DNA of 63,968 nt, counting the filler, from Neolecta irregularis DAH-3 (lineage: Eukaryota), in NCBI GenBank assembly GCA_001929475.1. It is 3 parts of 3 records of this genome, joined end to end, with 100 filler letters (N's around TTAATTAATTAA, not from the genome) between each part and the next. Parts side by side here need not be neighbours in the genome. Positions count along the whole stretch, not along the records: positions 1 to 31,903 come from LXFE01000286.1; 2 more parts are not named here. One strand, given 5' to 3'. Shown here piece after piece: positions 1 to 13,070 of this stretch (position 1 is its first letter; each line of letters starts with the position of its first letter). The notes beneath the pieces are model-generated. The model ran no database searches and was not told the origin of the DNA. It saw only the letters and a list, made by a program, of their open reading frames with translations. Position numbers and translations under genes: made by a program.

Positions 1-3000
1 CCCCGCTCCCCCCGCTTCCCCCGCAGATCCGCACCGTCGCCTTCAACGCCCCGCTCCCGCAGCACTGCCTCGACGATGACGGCACCCCCGCCGCAGACTA
101 CCCCCGCAACAAAATCCGCACCGCCAAATACACACCCCTCACCTTCGTCCCTAAAAATCTCTGGTTCCAGTTCCACAACGTCGCAAACATCTACTTTCTC
201 TTCATCGTCATCCTCCAGATCTTTCCCATCTTTGGCGCCTCAAATCCAGGCCTCGGCGCCTTGCCCCTCATCGTTATTGTCACCGTCACCGCATTCAAAG
301 ATGCCATAGAAGACTGGCGCAGAATGCTCCTAGACATCGAATTAAACAACACTCGCACCTACATCCTCCACTACTGGCACAACGTAAACGTCACAGACGA
401 AAACATCAGCCTCTGGAGACGTGCTAAAAAGGCCACTACCCGCCTCATACGCTGGTTGATCAAAAAGAAAAAAGGCAGAGATCCATACTCACTCGATAGA
501 ACATCAACCCTCCAGTCCCATTTCTCAGACCTCGGCCCCAGACACTCCATCTCCTACAACATGGTCCCCCTCTCAGGTTCAACCCTCAATACTGACCCGT
601 CCCAAAAAATAAAAACCAAATCAGTTATCGATCCCAATAGACAGCCCTCTCACATGGCAAAATTCAAACCAGACCACTGGAAAAGCGTTCGTGTCGGCGA
701 CTTTATCCTCCTCCGCAACAACGACCAGATCCCCGCGGACGTGGTCGTCCTGTCAACCTCAGACGCAGACGGCGCTTGCTTTGTCGAAACAAAAAATTTA
801 GACGGCGAAACAAATCTAAAAGTCCGCCATGCCCTAAGATGTTCCCAGGGCATCCGCACCGCCGCAGACTGCGAACTCGCCACCTTTATCATCGAAAGCG
901 AAGGCCCAAGTCCAAACCTCTACTCTTACAACGGCGTCGCAAAATGGAAAGAAAATGATCCATCCTTCCCAGACGGAATAGACCAAATGGAACCAATCAC
1001 TATCGAATCAATGCTCCTCAGAGGCTCCTCCCTCAGAAACACTGAATGGGTCATTGGCGTCGTCCTCTTTACCGGCACAGAGACAAAAATCATGATGAAC
1101 TCGGGCGATACTCCTAGTAAACGTAGTAAGATCTCTACAGAACTCAACTGGAATGTACGCTTCTCCCCTCTTTTGCCTCCTAACTCTAGGTCATTGTCAA
1201 TTTCATGATCCTCTTTTGCATGTGTTTTGTCTCTGGCATCGTCGAAGGCGTCACATGGAGTAAAGGCACAGGGTCTCAAGGCTTTTTCGAATTCGGATCA
1301 ACAACTGGAAACTCGGCATTGGACGGCTTTGTCACATTCTGGTAATTTTGCCTTCTTCACTGTTAATCGTCAGGACTTGCATCATTCTATTCCAAAATCT
1401 CGTCCCTATTTCCCTCTACATCTCTATTGAAATCATCAAAACTCTACAGGCATTCTTCATCTATAGCGATATCGACATGTACTATGAACCCCTCGATTAC
1501 CCTTGTACCCCAAAATCGTGGAATATTTCGGACGATCTAGGACAAATTGAGTACATCTTTTCAGACAAAACTGGCACACTCACGCAAAATGTCATGGAGT
1601 TTAAAAAATGCACAGTTAATGGTGTTCCCTATGGCGAAGCGTATACAGAAGCAATGGCTGGCATGCAAAAGAGAAAAGGCATCGATGTCGTTAAAGAAGC
1701 CGCACTCGCGGTCGAACGCATTGCACACGCAAGGGAAGAAATGCTTTGCCTGCTGGATAAGCTTTATCAAAATCCCTGGTTTGACGAATCCGCTCTAACG
1801 TTTATTTCACGTCAATTCGTATCAGACCTCCTAGGCGAGGGATCTCCTGAACAGCAAAATGCAAATCGCGATTTTATTTTAGCTTTGGCCTTGTGTCACT
1901 CGGTATTAACTGAACGAGTCTCGGATCATCCAACTCGAATCGCTTTTCATGCTCAAAGTCCCGATGAAGCCGCTCTCGTAGCCACTGCGCGTGATCTAGG
2001 GGTTTCGTTAATTGAACGGACAAAAGATGGCGTGGTGTTGGATGTCTTGGGCCAAACTATAAAAGTCGAGGTTCTCAATCAGCTCGAATTCAATTCATCG
2101 CGAAAACGTATGAGTGTGATTGTTCGTTTACCAGATGGTAAAATCATGTTGTACTGTAAAGGAGCAGACTCGATCATCTATTCCAGACTCGTACCCGGCC
2201 AACAACAAGAATTAAGAGTTAAAACTGCTGCTGATTTAGTGGAATTTGCACAAGAAGGTAATGTCTAGCCTATATGATCATCTGCCAACTCTCTAGGCCT
2301 TCGAACGCTATGTATTGCCAAACGGGAGTTGTCTGAACAAGAGTATTCCTCTTGGTGCGAAGACTACGAAAAGGCTGCTTCGTCTCTAGCCGATCGGGAG
2401 GGAGAGCTCGAGAATGTCTCAAATGCTATAGAGCGTGAGCTCTATTTGATGGGTGGTACAGCCATCGAAGATAAACTGCAAGACGGTGTTCCAGATGCGA
2501 TTCAACATCTTTTAGACGGCGGCATCAAACTTTGGGTCCTTACCGGTGATAAAGTCGAGACTGCCATAAACATTGGTTTTGCTTGCAATCTTTTAGGAAA
2601 TGAGATGAACCTGATCATGCTTCAAATTGATCCAGACGATGGAATCGAACAAGCAAATGCCATGGTTCTAAAGTACCTCGATGAGTACTTTAATATGAAG
2701 GGTACTCCTCAAGAGCTTGAAGAAGCCAAGAATAATCATTCACCGCCTGCACCGACTCATGCTCTCGTTATAGACGGGGACGCGCTCAAACTGGTTCTTG
2801 ACAAGGACGTTGAATCGAAATTTCTCCTCCTTTGCAAGCAGTGCAAAGCCGTTTTGTGTTGTCGTGTTAGTCCGAGTCAAAAAGCCAGCGTGGTGAATAT
2901 GGTCAAGCATGGCTTGGATGTAATGACTTTATCTATCGGAGACGGTATACATCCTCTTATTCGTAATTAACATTAGGCGCCAACGATGTGGCAATGATTC

Positions 3001-4186
3001 AACAAGCCAATGTGGGAGTTGGGATTGTAGGCGAGGAAGGACGGCAAGCAGTCATGTCTGCAGATTACGCAATCGGACAATTTCGGTTTCTCAGTAAACT
3101 TATTCTTGTTCATGGACGATGGTCATATCGAAGAATTGCAGAAACTGTCGCCAATTTCTTTTACAAGAATATGGTTTGGACATTTACACTCTTTTGGTTT
3201 CAGATTTATAACCAGTTTGATGGATCGTTTTTATTTGATTATACGTATGGCTATATCGCTTGCTTTAAAATCTAAGTCTACAGTTATATCCTTCTTTACA
3301 ATTTAGCATTCACTTCTGTCCCTGTCATCGTTATGGGTGTTCTTGACCAGGATGTCAGCGCTAAAATCTCTATGAAAGTACCTCAACTTTACCGTCGAGG
3401 GATTCTTCGTCTAGAATGGACACAAAAGAAATTCTGGAAAGTTTTGGCTGTTTATCTTTTACTAATTTTTCAAGGATATACATGGCAGATGGCTTTTATC
3501 AGTCACTCATCTGTTTCTACTTGCCCTTTCTAATTTTTTACAAGGCTGGCTTCGCGACAATGTCTGGTCGTCAAGTCAATTCTGCAGAGGAAATTGGAGT
3601 GTATGTCGGTTGCATCGCCGTCTTTGTCGTCAACGCATATGTCATGCTTAATCAGCAACGTTGGGATTGGCTATTCATCCTCCTCAACTTCTTGAGCAGT
3701 TTCCTCATCTTTATCTTTACTGGATTTTATTCCCTCTATCCTGGAAACCATGCATTCTATCATACTGCCAGTCATATATTCACTACTATCGATTTTTGGG
3801 CTGTCTTCGTTTTATCTCTGGTCACTTGTCTCCTTCCCCGTTTTACTGCAAAGTATCTTCAAAAGGTCTATTACCCCTTTGACTCAGACATCATTCGCGA
3901 GCAAGTCTGGCTAGGAAAACTTAACGAGAATTCTAGTCAGAACATGAGTATGGAGGAAGTGAATAGGACTCACGATGTATACTTGAATTCAGCGAGAATG
4001 TCTGACCACAGCAAAGATGATCACACATTTGTGTCGTCCAGAGCAGCCAATCATACACATAGCAAAGCGGATTCTAAAAACTCTGCGATAGTTCCTGATA
4101 ACGGGACTTTTGCAAGTTCGCAAACGTATCAGACAGAAGATGGTCCCCTGCATAACAACGCCTCTTCTGAAGCTCTGCACCTATAA
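1..4186 (+). CDS. dnf1: P4-type ATPase phospholipid flippase (Dnf1/Dnf2-like), 5' end truncated by the window, 6 introns
   Basis: Frame is open from base 3 ([12 protein letters not shown]). Motifs: DGETNLK, PISL, DKTGTLT (phospho-Asp), [15 protein letters not shown], and GDGANDV rebuilt across an intron. Introns 1155-1189, 1342-1373, 2258-2296, 2945-2976, 3245-3283, 3437-3474. Confidence 0.95.
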
Positions 4187-4433
4187 TATGAACAATTTGG
4201 ATGGATGTCAATATAACGGCATGGCTCATTGTCAAAAGACCATACTTGGCATATAATTAGCAATGTTTTTGTGTTTTTCAGCGTTCTATATCCGCAAATT
4301 TGTCTGGCTTTGTTTCCTATTTTTAATGGGCTTGAGTAATTTGGGTTTGTCTTGGATTATTTGGGGTGGCAAATGGGTTGTTTTCTTTCTCTGTTTATGA
4401 AGGCTGCGTGCAATGAAGGATATTTGTATAAAC

Positions 4434-5597
4434 TCAATACAACCAATATTCCTTTGACAGCCGTACTATTCTTTCGACATGGCGAACCGCTGCGGCTGTA
4501 TGCTGAAATCCCATTCCATTATTAGTTGATTCATTCTCTGACTCGAGACTTGCATAATCAGTGCATGAAAAATAAGAAACCTTCTGCTGACAACGATCAC
4601 GTTTATCCATATCCGCAGCTACCGTAATACCTATCCCTTGAGCAAATAACGAGCAAATATTTTCTAGGAATTCCAGAAACTGTAGGAGAGTGAAGATATA
4701 TCTCCAACATTCCTTACTTTAGTACTATCTTTTTGTTCTGCTGACTTGAAAATGTATCCTAGCAAAGAGGAACCGATCTTGGTGTCGGTATCGGAGATCA
4801 TGGGCGTGTCCAGGACGGAATATCGAAGAAAGAGGAAGGCATTGTCGAGTGTCTTGAGATGGGAAATCATCACAAAACCATATCATTCTTCTACAAGTGA
4901 TGCTCGTCAATACTCAAAATTGTGAGCGTTGGGTGTCCGGACTTGCCTCTCGGGAGGCTTCACTGGGTATATACGATCGCGCTTCAGGAATACGGGCAAC
5001 TACGTATATATTGCTCGGGTGTGGCCTGTAGGAAATATTTCAGCGAACAACGGAGTTGCCAGGAAATGGTATGACGGCTAAACCGTGCAGATAGCTAGAA
5101 TGTTTGTTGAGGGAACGTTCTTTCAACCCTGATGTAATAATAGCAAGCGTAATTTCGTCTTCAAATATTGATAAAAGTTGGTCCTGGCTAGATTGTTGTT
5201 TTACCGGATAGTCCTAATTCGAAAATCGGATTAGATCTCGATAATAACTTTCATTGATCCATTCTTGTGTACTTCACCTTATGAGCACGAGTCGGTACTT
5301 CCATAACAATCCCCAATCTGTTTTTTGGTCATTCAACCATGCTCGTTTACTAGTAACATACATTACATTCTGACCCTTGACCGCTTATGTACTCATCCAC
5401 TTGTCTACAAATGGTCTCAATAGATTGATTTCTAGAATTCGTACTTATTTTTCGGTAACTTACCAACTCGCGTTCAGCTCTCTCTTTCCGTTTAAGAGCC
5501 CAAGACAAAAGTTCATCCCATTCGGATGTCTACGCGAACACCCAAATGTAGATTAGCTCTTGATAGAAAGATCCTTAACATATCTTTGAACAATCAT
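4434..5597 (-). CDS. Putative multi-exon hypothetical protein (exon structure unresolved)
   Basis: Short coding-like minus-strand segments (TSEWDELLSWALKRKERAEREL; DQLLSIFEDEITLAIITSG; ECWRYIFTLLQFLEFLENIC; AAAVRHVERIVRLSKEYWLY*) are separated by GT..AG intron-like spacers. No family recognised, and not all phases could be reconciled. Confidence 0.35.
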
Positions 5598-5684
5598 CGT
5601 CCAGTTCTATTAAGCAATTTGTGAATGATTAGCAGAATAATATCTAAGGCAAAAGTATTGACCAAGTCCGATCTCTTTAACTGA

Positions 5685-7949
5685 TCAGACCAACCCCAAA
5701 AAGATAGTGCTGTATGGCACGTCTTGTCGAACTGTCAGGACGTGTTTTGTTGCCAACACTTACGGATTAACATGCATCACTCTCTTTGACATACGCAAAA
5801 CATGGCAAAGTGCTTGGGAAGCAACGTTCTTATTACTCGTCTGGAATGGGACAAGTTCGGAAAACTCTGCGAGTGGTGACTTGTCATATCGCGATTTATC
5901 TTCAGCAAGTTTCGTCCGCACATATTCAAGGAAGTTTTTGCAGTCATGTTCCATCATTTCTTGGGTTCCTTGCATAACTACAGGCACAAGATCTACATTT
6001 AGCAACCCATATACTGGAAAATAGCACCATCTTGAAAAACTTCGAAATCATCCAATACTACAGCGTCGTCAATTGTCAAATCTGCAACGTTTGAAGTAGG
6101 ATCAGCGGAATCCACTCTTGCAAGACCACCCAATGGCGAGGCAGCCATCTTTGAAGTACGCCCTGAACGTCGACCTTGACCAAGTGGTGTATCAATGTAG
6201 GAAAAGTCTCGAGCATTACTGGTAGATGTAAAACCAGCTGCCGAAACCGAACGGGATTGACCTACTGAATCTAGTCGAGAGCCTGTCATAGTGATGTTCC
6301 ATGGCATAACAATACTTGGAGTTCGATTAAGCGACTCTCCGTCACGTCTTCCTAGTTCGAGATCCTTTGATATATAAGAAAGGAAGACCAGTGAAAAGTA
6401 CATAATTGCCAAGGGGACTGTTGCGATTGTCGTTCTGGTACCCCATACCAATATCGTGATCATCCATCACCTGAGAAAAATGTTCACCACCGCAGCCCAA
6501 GCGCAACTCCTCTGCATTTATGTTGATACCCTCGTCCCGAGTGCGTTTTTTCCCATTTCTCGTAAGTGCATCGTATCCACTGAAAATAAACAGTCTGGTG
6601 AGATTTGGGTGAACGATTTGTCCTCCCCATCCATAAATGTACTTCAGAGCATCATCTTTTGCAGTTAAATTAGCTTGGCGTGCGTCTCTGAGCCCAGTTT
6701 GAGCCTTCATGGCAGAAGAATAATTTTCTCGCCAGTCGAGAAGCTCTCGAGACGGTATTTCAGTTCTAGAATCGACTCTTACTTCCTTCTTGATACGACG
6801 TCGTTTCTGTTGGGGTTGAGCATTTTCTTCGACTTGGCTTTCCCCGAGGGCCATGATATGATCCATCACCGTTGGATTCGTCTCTTTTATTGTTTCTCTA
6901 CTCGACGAGGAACGAGGCGAAAAAGGCTCGCCTTCTAAGAAGCTGTCCATCATCATAGGAACATCGTCAGGATAGTAGGATTCCGTGATCTGAAATCAGT
7001 ATTAGAAAGCAGCACCAGAGAGATCACCTGTGGCACGGCAAATTTTCTTGCTGCTTCAATATGTTCCAGTTTTGCAAGGACAGCTTCATCCTCCTCTGTG
7101 TCTCCGACCTTTTCGATTTCACTCGTTTCAACCTTGCTAGGAAGAACGTTGGGCTTCGTGGAGTTCAATTCTCTGATTAGGCCGTCTGCATCAAACTCGA
7201 AATCCAGTGGCTCCCCTCCAACTAATATATCATCATCGTCGAAGCCACCAAAGTAAGCGCTTCCTCTAGAAATATTAAAGGAGCTATCTATACCGCCATT
7301 GAATGGAATCTCGAGAGAAAGAGGCTGTACAAGAGAAGAGTCTGAGGGGATGCGATCTCTATTTTGGGTGGGAGAGATATCGAGAGATGAGCGCTCACCA
7401 GAGAGATGACCATTGTCATAGATACCGTCCGGTAAAAAGTCTTGAGTGACAAAGTCTACCCCAAGGCCGTATTCCAGAGTGAAAGTTGGATCGTCTTGAA
7501 GCGTAAAATCGATTCTAAAATTAATAGAGCCACTGTCGAACAATACCTCGGTTTAATATTTGGCAAATCAATATCAGATCTGTCTGCAATGGCTGAATAT
7601 TCCCTGTTAAGCTTACTGTGCACATTCGTAACGTCGGCTGCACCAATAAGAGAGAGGATGAGAATAGATGTACTGTATAAGAACCCGCATTGCTGGGAAT
7701 AAATACGGGTCACCCCCACCATTAGATTTGACGATAGCCGGAGTGCAAGAGGTTCCGGAGGTTGGACAATATATTGACATGCTTTGGAGACATCAACGTT
7801 GATAATGTCTCTTTTTTGAATTTTCTTGAAGGACGCCTTACTACCGAGAGTTGCAGCAAGCCTAGTTGATTAGTTGGGATCAAAAATATCTACCAAATGA
7901 TGCTGAAGCCGCCTTTCTGCTTCACAAGAATGTCCTGGGAGTAGAACAT
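5685..7949 (-). CDS. rec8: Meiotic cohesin kleisin Rec8 (Rad21/Rec8 family), 7 introns
   Basis: N-terminus MFYSQDILVKQKGGFSIIW|LAATLGSK...PLALRLSSNLMVGVTRIY resembles fission-yeast Rec8. C-terminal winged helix ASQALCHVLLLATKHVLTVRQDVPYSTI. ExxR separase-type sites (EELR, ELGRR). Confidence 0.92.
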
Positions 7950-8569
7950 TGTAATGGGAAATATTTGACTATGACTAGATATCAAAAGAAAATCCATGCA
8001 AGAAATATATATCTCGTTGAGGAAGTTTGTAGAAAAAATAATAATGGGAACCCTGATTTGTTACTGCTGCGGATTTCCGTACAGACTGAATGATCTTCTT
8101 GCCCTAAAGTCTGTCTGGATCCATATAAATATTTTGCCATCAACAAAATCGCTTATATTATCTTTCCTTCACTAAATCGAATGCTACCGAGAGCATTATG
8201 ATTTGATTTTGGCACGACAACCGAGTGGCATGCCGCTCCCCACCGGAAGACTTCTATATGTAGACTTGTAGGAGATTGCGCACTAGTAAATATCACTTCG
8301 ATATTTTGACGCTGCAACTATGAAAAATTGACGACAAGAACAGATGTGTTGTTGAATAAGGATAGTCCTCTATTTTATGTGCTGTACAGGCTGCATTGTT
8401 CCTTCCGGCCGATAGCATGCGGATACTTGACTGAGATCGCTATTCGAGATAATAGTATGAGGGGAGGAAAGAATATACTGAAGACCAAAGTAGCTTTTAA
8501 TAGTCGGGAGTAAAAGGCACCGAATTAAACTAAGCCTAACCCTAAGTCACGAACTACAACCGAATTTAT

Positions 8570-11500
8570 ATGTCGAATGCACTGGCTGCCGAACATGAAG
8601 ATATCCGCTTGTCCCTACCACTCGAATATCAGAAACAAATACTCAGAGATGTGCGCACCGAAGATGGACTTGTCATTCTGGCCAGAGGATTAGGGCTTCC
8701 GCGAATAATATCAAATCTACTCCATTCTTACGATCGTCCGGGAAATCTTGTGGTCTTGCTCGGCGCGCATTCCAGAGAGGAAGATTGGATTGGAGAGTCC
8801 ATGGCATCAATTGCTTCTGCGACAGATGTAGCGACTAAAGGGCTGCAGATCCTGAATACGGAGTTGACTGGCGTGGAGAAGAGGTACATTGTGCTCTAAA
8901 TGAGTGATTCACAAATTAGAGAGAAACTTTATGCTCAAGGTGGCATGTTTTCAATTACTTCGCGTATTCTGGTAACAGATCTATTGACAAAGCTTCTGGA
9001 TCCTGTGAAGATTACCGGAATAGTCATTATTAGGGCAGAACGGTAAAATACAGCTCGTTTCAGCGTTGATCTCGTAAAGAGTGGTCGCTACTTCAACCGA
9101 AGCTTTCATTCTGCGAATCTTCCGTCAGAATAACAAGGTGTGAATGATTTGGGTCATTTAATTCTTACCTATAATAGGTCGGGTTCATCAAAGCGTTCTC
9201 TGACAACCCCGAGCCTTTCACTACCGGATTTTCTCCGTTGTCAAACATGATGCGGCATCTATTTCTCAGAAAGGTCTATCTCTGGCCAAGGTATCACTCT
9301 CCACAGACCCATTTTCACGATTAGGTACCGCCTTGAAGTTGCCAAATCCCTTGAAAATCGTCGAGCGGAAGTGATCGAACTCGAAGTAAATATTACAGAG
9401 TCAATGCGTGATATTCAAAATGCTATTCTGGAATGCATCGAAGTCTGTCTAGCAGAATTAAAGAGAAGCAATTCACAGGTGGATTTTGAAGAATGGAATA
9501 TCGAATCAGCGTTGCAGTCAGGATTTGAAGCTTCCATCCGACGAGTTTTGGATCCTGTCTGGCATCGTGTGAGCAAGAAGACTCGCCAGATCGTGTCCGA
9601 TCTTACAACTTTGCAGCAAATTCTCCAGTATAAGTCTAAGCTTGGTCACCCGCTGATTATTAAGTTATTTATTAACCTATGATTCCGTCTCATTCAACAA
9701 AGTACTTGATGCTATTCTTGCGACCAACACTCCTGCCCCTGGGTCGACTCGTCAGAACCATTCCCCTTGGTTATTTCTTGATGCTGCAAATATCATCTTC
9801 TCGACAGCAAAACGTCGCATTTTCGGTTCTCTGGAAAACAAGACAGAAACCCTTTCCAACCAAATATCAGAATCAGAAGGCTTGGAAGAATTGCCGAAAT
9901 GGTCAATGCTAGCTGAAGTAATAGATGAGATAGAACATGAATTACATTTTAATCCACCGAGTCCAGGTATGCTCTGTCTTTGAATTTCTTTTTCACTGCC
10001 CAGACTCTGCTAACAACACAATTTTGCTGATGTGCAGCGATGGTCGTACATGTCGTCAAGTGCGACAATTTTTACAAAATATGCAGCCAACGGAGAACGG
10101 GAAACCAGCAAATGCAAAGACAATGATGAGAAGAAAATTGAAGGCATACCGTGAGTGGAAACCCAATTTCGTCAAAATCAAGGATCAACTTTTTAGACAT
10201 GAAGAATCAACTGTCAAACAAGGCATCCAGTTATACTAATACTGAGCTGATTAACCAGTTTCCAGTGGACATCAGAATTATGATCATCGTGGCAAACCAC
10301 CACCCAATAAGCGTCGCCGAGTTCGCGGAGGAGGTACAATAGCAGCTGCATCGTCTACCCACCCTATTAATATAAGGAATACTGCCATTTGCATGGAAGA
10401 TGGTGAAGCGACGTATATACCCATGAAGATAGTGGATTAATCATTGAGACGGTTGGATGACTTTCTGGGAAACGATGACATCGTTGCGAAGGAAGAAGTA
10501 GCAGTGGATCTTCTCGAACACATCGAAGATTTCTTCGAATTATACGATTATGATGAACTTGTCGTCATCCTTCCTTATGACGGGGATATGGATGACCGAG
10601 CATTAGAAGAATTGCGGCCAAGGTTTATCGTCATGTACGAACCTGAACCGTCTTTCATCCGACGTGTAGAGGTATCTTTCAAGTCTGCAACAACATTCAT
10701 CCTAGGTTTACCGCTCATCTCACCAAAATCGAAGCCTCCGAGTATATTACATGTATTACGGCAGTTCGGTTGAGGAGCAACGCTATCTATCAGCTGTCCG
10801 CCGCGAGAAAGATGCATTTACTCGTCTTATCCGGGAAAAAGGCGTTAGTGATTTCATAAAATCTGCTTTTTAAGCGGTAGAACATGGCGATAGTCCTAAC
10901 TCAAGACGGAGCATCAATGGACGATCCCCAGAACATATTTCTGCGGACAATTAATACAAGAATAGCCGGTGGCGGTCGAATAACAGCAGCTTCTGAGCCT
11001 CCTCGGGTTTGCGTCGACCTGCGAGAATTTCGGTCATCATTGCCATCACTTCTTCATGGACGAAACTTGACCATTGTGCCTTGCATGCTCACTGTCGGTG
11101 ATTATATCATATCTCCGACTATGTGTATTGAAAGGAAATCAGTGAAAGATTTAATTTCTTCGTTTCGGGATGGTAGGTTGTATACCCAATGTGAGACTAT
11201 GTTACTGCACTACAAAACACCACTCTTGTTAATTGAATTTGATCAGAACAAGAGTTTTAACCTTGAGGCATACATAATTCTGTTCGCACAGCTGACAAGA
11301 AGCCATTCGCAGATATGACATCATCGATAGGATCTACTGATCTTCAAACAAAACTCGTCTTGCTTACTCTAGCATTCCCACGAATTAAGATTATCTGGTC
11401 ATCCAGCCCCTATGCAACTGCAGAAATATTCGAAGAGCTAAAAGTACATCTACTTAGGCGTAGTCAACTGACCGCAGAAAAACCATGACGAACCCAATCC

Positions 11501-11750
11501 AGTCAAAGCAGTTAGTATAGGTCTTGAAGAAGGCGAAGAACCCACGAATTCATACAATCAAGCGCCCCAAGACTTTCTCCGTTCGATGCCAGCGATTAGT
11601 TCCAAGAATTATAAAAATTTAATGCTGGAGGTTGAAAATTTACGAACCCTGAGCAATATGTCACAAAGACAGATTCAAAATATTGTGGGATTAGAAGCTG
11701 GGCGCGCAGTGTACAAATTTCTCAACAAAGATTTCCGAGGTCTTTCGTAG
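8570..11750 (+). CDS. rad16: XPF/Rad16/Rad1 structure-specific DNA repair endonuclease, 12 introns
   Basis: N-terminal [17 protein letters not shown] helicase-like region. ERCC4 nuclease motifs [29 protein letters not shown]-terminal HhH region. Confidence 0.95.
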
Positions 11751-13016
11751 AATCGGTGATTTATCGGTGATTTAATCGGTCTGTGATAGCCGAGCCTCGT
11801 TTTCTTTAATTGACATAGGAATTGTCTGAAGAATGAAAAGCACACAATATTGTGGTAGTGAACATGTGCCATGAGACGCAAACAGAATTTACCAGCTTTT
11901 TCAAATTTGTGTTCCAGCAAATCGCACTCAACATGTTTGAATGCCGAGATGGTCCTCAGTAAGGATCGTTTGTACAACACATAGAGGGACTAGTTTGATC
12001 TTTTTAATTTTCTTTCTATGTTTACTATGCAAAGCGAATCGCTGTATTCTTTTCTTCAGTATTGGTTAAGATTGACAGAGCCCTCCTCTGAGGCAATCGA
12101 CGCTGATAAGACCTGATTCTAAGTAGTAGGATATGCCGTTGCTTTGTCCATTTGTAATTGAATTGCGCTTTCAGATATGAGAAATTGAGCCAAGATGCAT
12201 TTAAAACTTGAGAATTACTATAAGTATTGAAGCCTGAGTGGGAATAAGACTAGCTTGTATTGAGTAGTTTAAGTAAACTTGAACTTTGGGCTAGGAATAG
12301 CCGTCTATCTACTTTATATACTTGTAATTTCGATTGCCGTAATATTACGACAGGCATCTTTCCGTAATGATAAGGTATTCTTTTGATATTTCATGAAGCT
12401 ATGGGGAATTCAGGGTTAGGGTTTTAGAATTGATCTTTGGGTTTGAATTAAAAAAAGGAAAAGATCACAAACCGTTCACAACAATGATGAATGTTGCTCA
12501 AGATAGTTGTAACCAGCGCAATCTGGGACCGATAAAATTGAAAGTTTAAACAATTAGTACTAATCCGGATGATGAGGCAAATAATCGTTCTGTGAGAAAA
12601 ATGAGCGTTGATTTTCCGCTTCTGCTAAGACCAACAATGGAAATTGTCTGATTAGCCTCAATTGTGAGACTGAGACAGTCGAGCGCTGCTTCAGTTCGTT
12701 AAAGATAGATTACAGTGACTTTTTGAAATACGATCGAGCCAGAGAAAGAGTGTTCTAAACTGCCATCGCTTCCAATGTCGCTAGTTGGCTTGCGCTGGAT
12801 GGTCTGCTCAGCTCGCTTTCCTGAAGCAGAGAAGGTTTGCAGAAGAGGGGAAAATTGCCCGATGATAAAAAGGAATCAATCTTAGATGTTCATTTCATCG
12901 GGAAAACCAAACCTCACCACCTATTGGTCTAACTAAATTAGCTTCACAAGCCTAAACCATCAATTGATTGGATGGCTCTCGCTTGAATTACCACCGAACT
13001 AAAGCTTAAAACGGAT

Positions 13017-13025
13017 ATCTGATAG
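13017..13025 (+). promoter_or_regulatory. Candidate iron-responsive GATA-repressor (Fep1/SreA-type) site upstream of the NRPS
   Basis: ATCTGATAG about 50 nt upstream of the NRPS ATG, one mismatch from ATCWGATAA. More GATAA words lie near 12105, 12369, 12531, 12865 and 13066. The motif is short and could occur by chance. Confidence 0.35.
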
Positions 13026-13070
13026 GACATTTTAGACCCTGAAGAATATAGATATTTCAAATTCGATAAT

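Noticed and set aside
10223-10265. Possible additional GC-AG intron in rad16 (10223-10258)
   Set aside because: A canonical GT-AG alternative (10230-10265) also keeps the frame in a poorly conserved region, so it is not counted.
12412-12422. Telomere-like GGGTTAGGG
   Set aside because: Only about 1.5 units, which is expected by chance or as a simple binding site. It is not a telomere.
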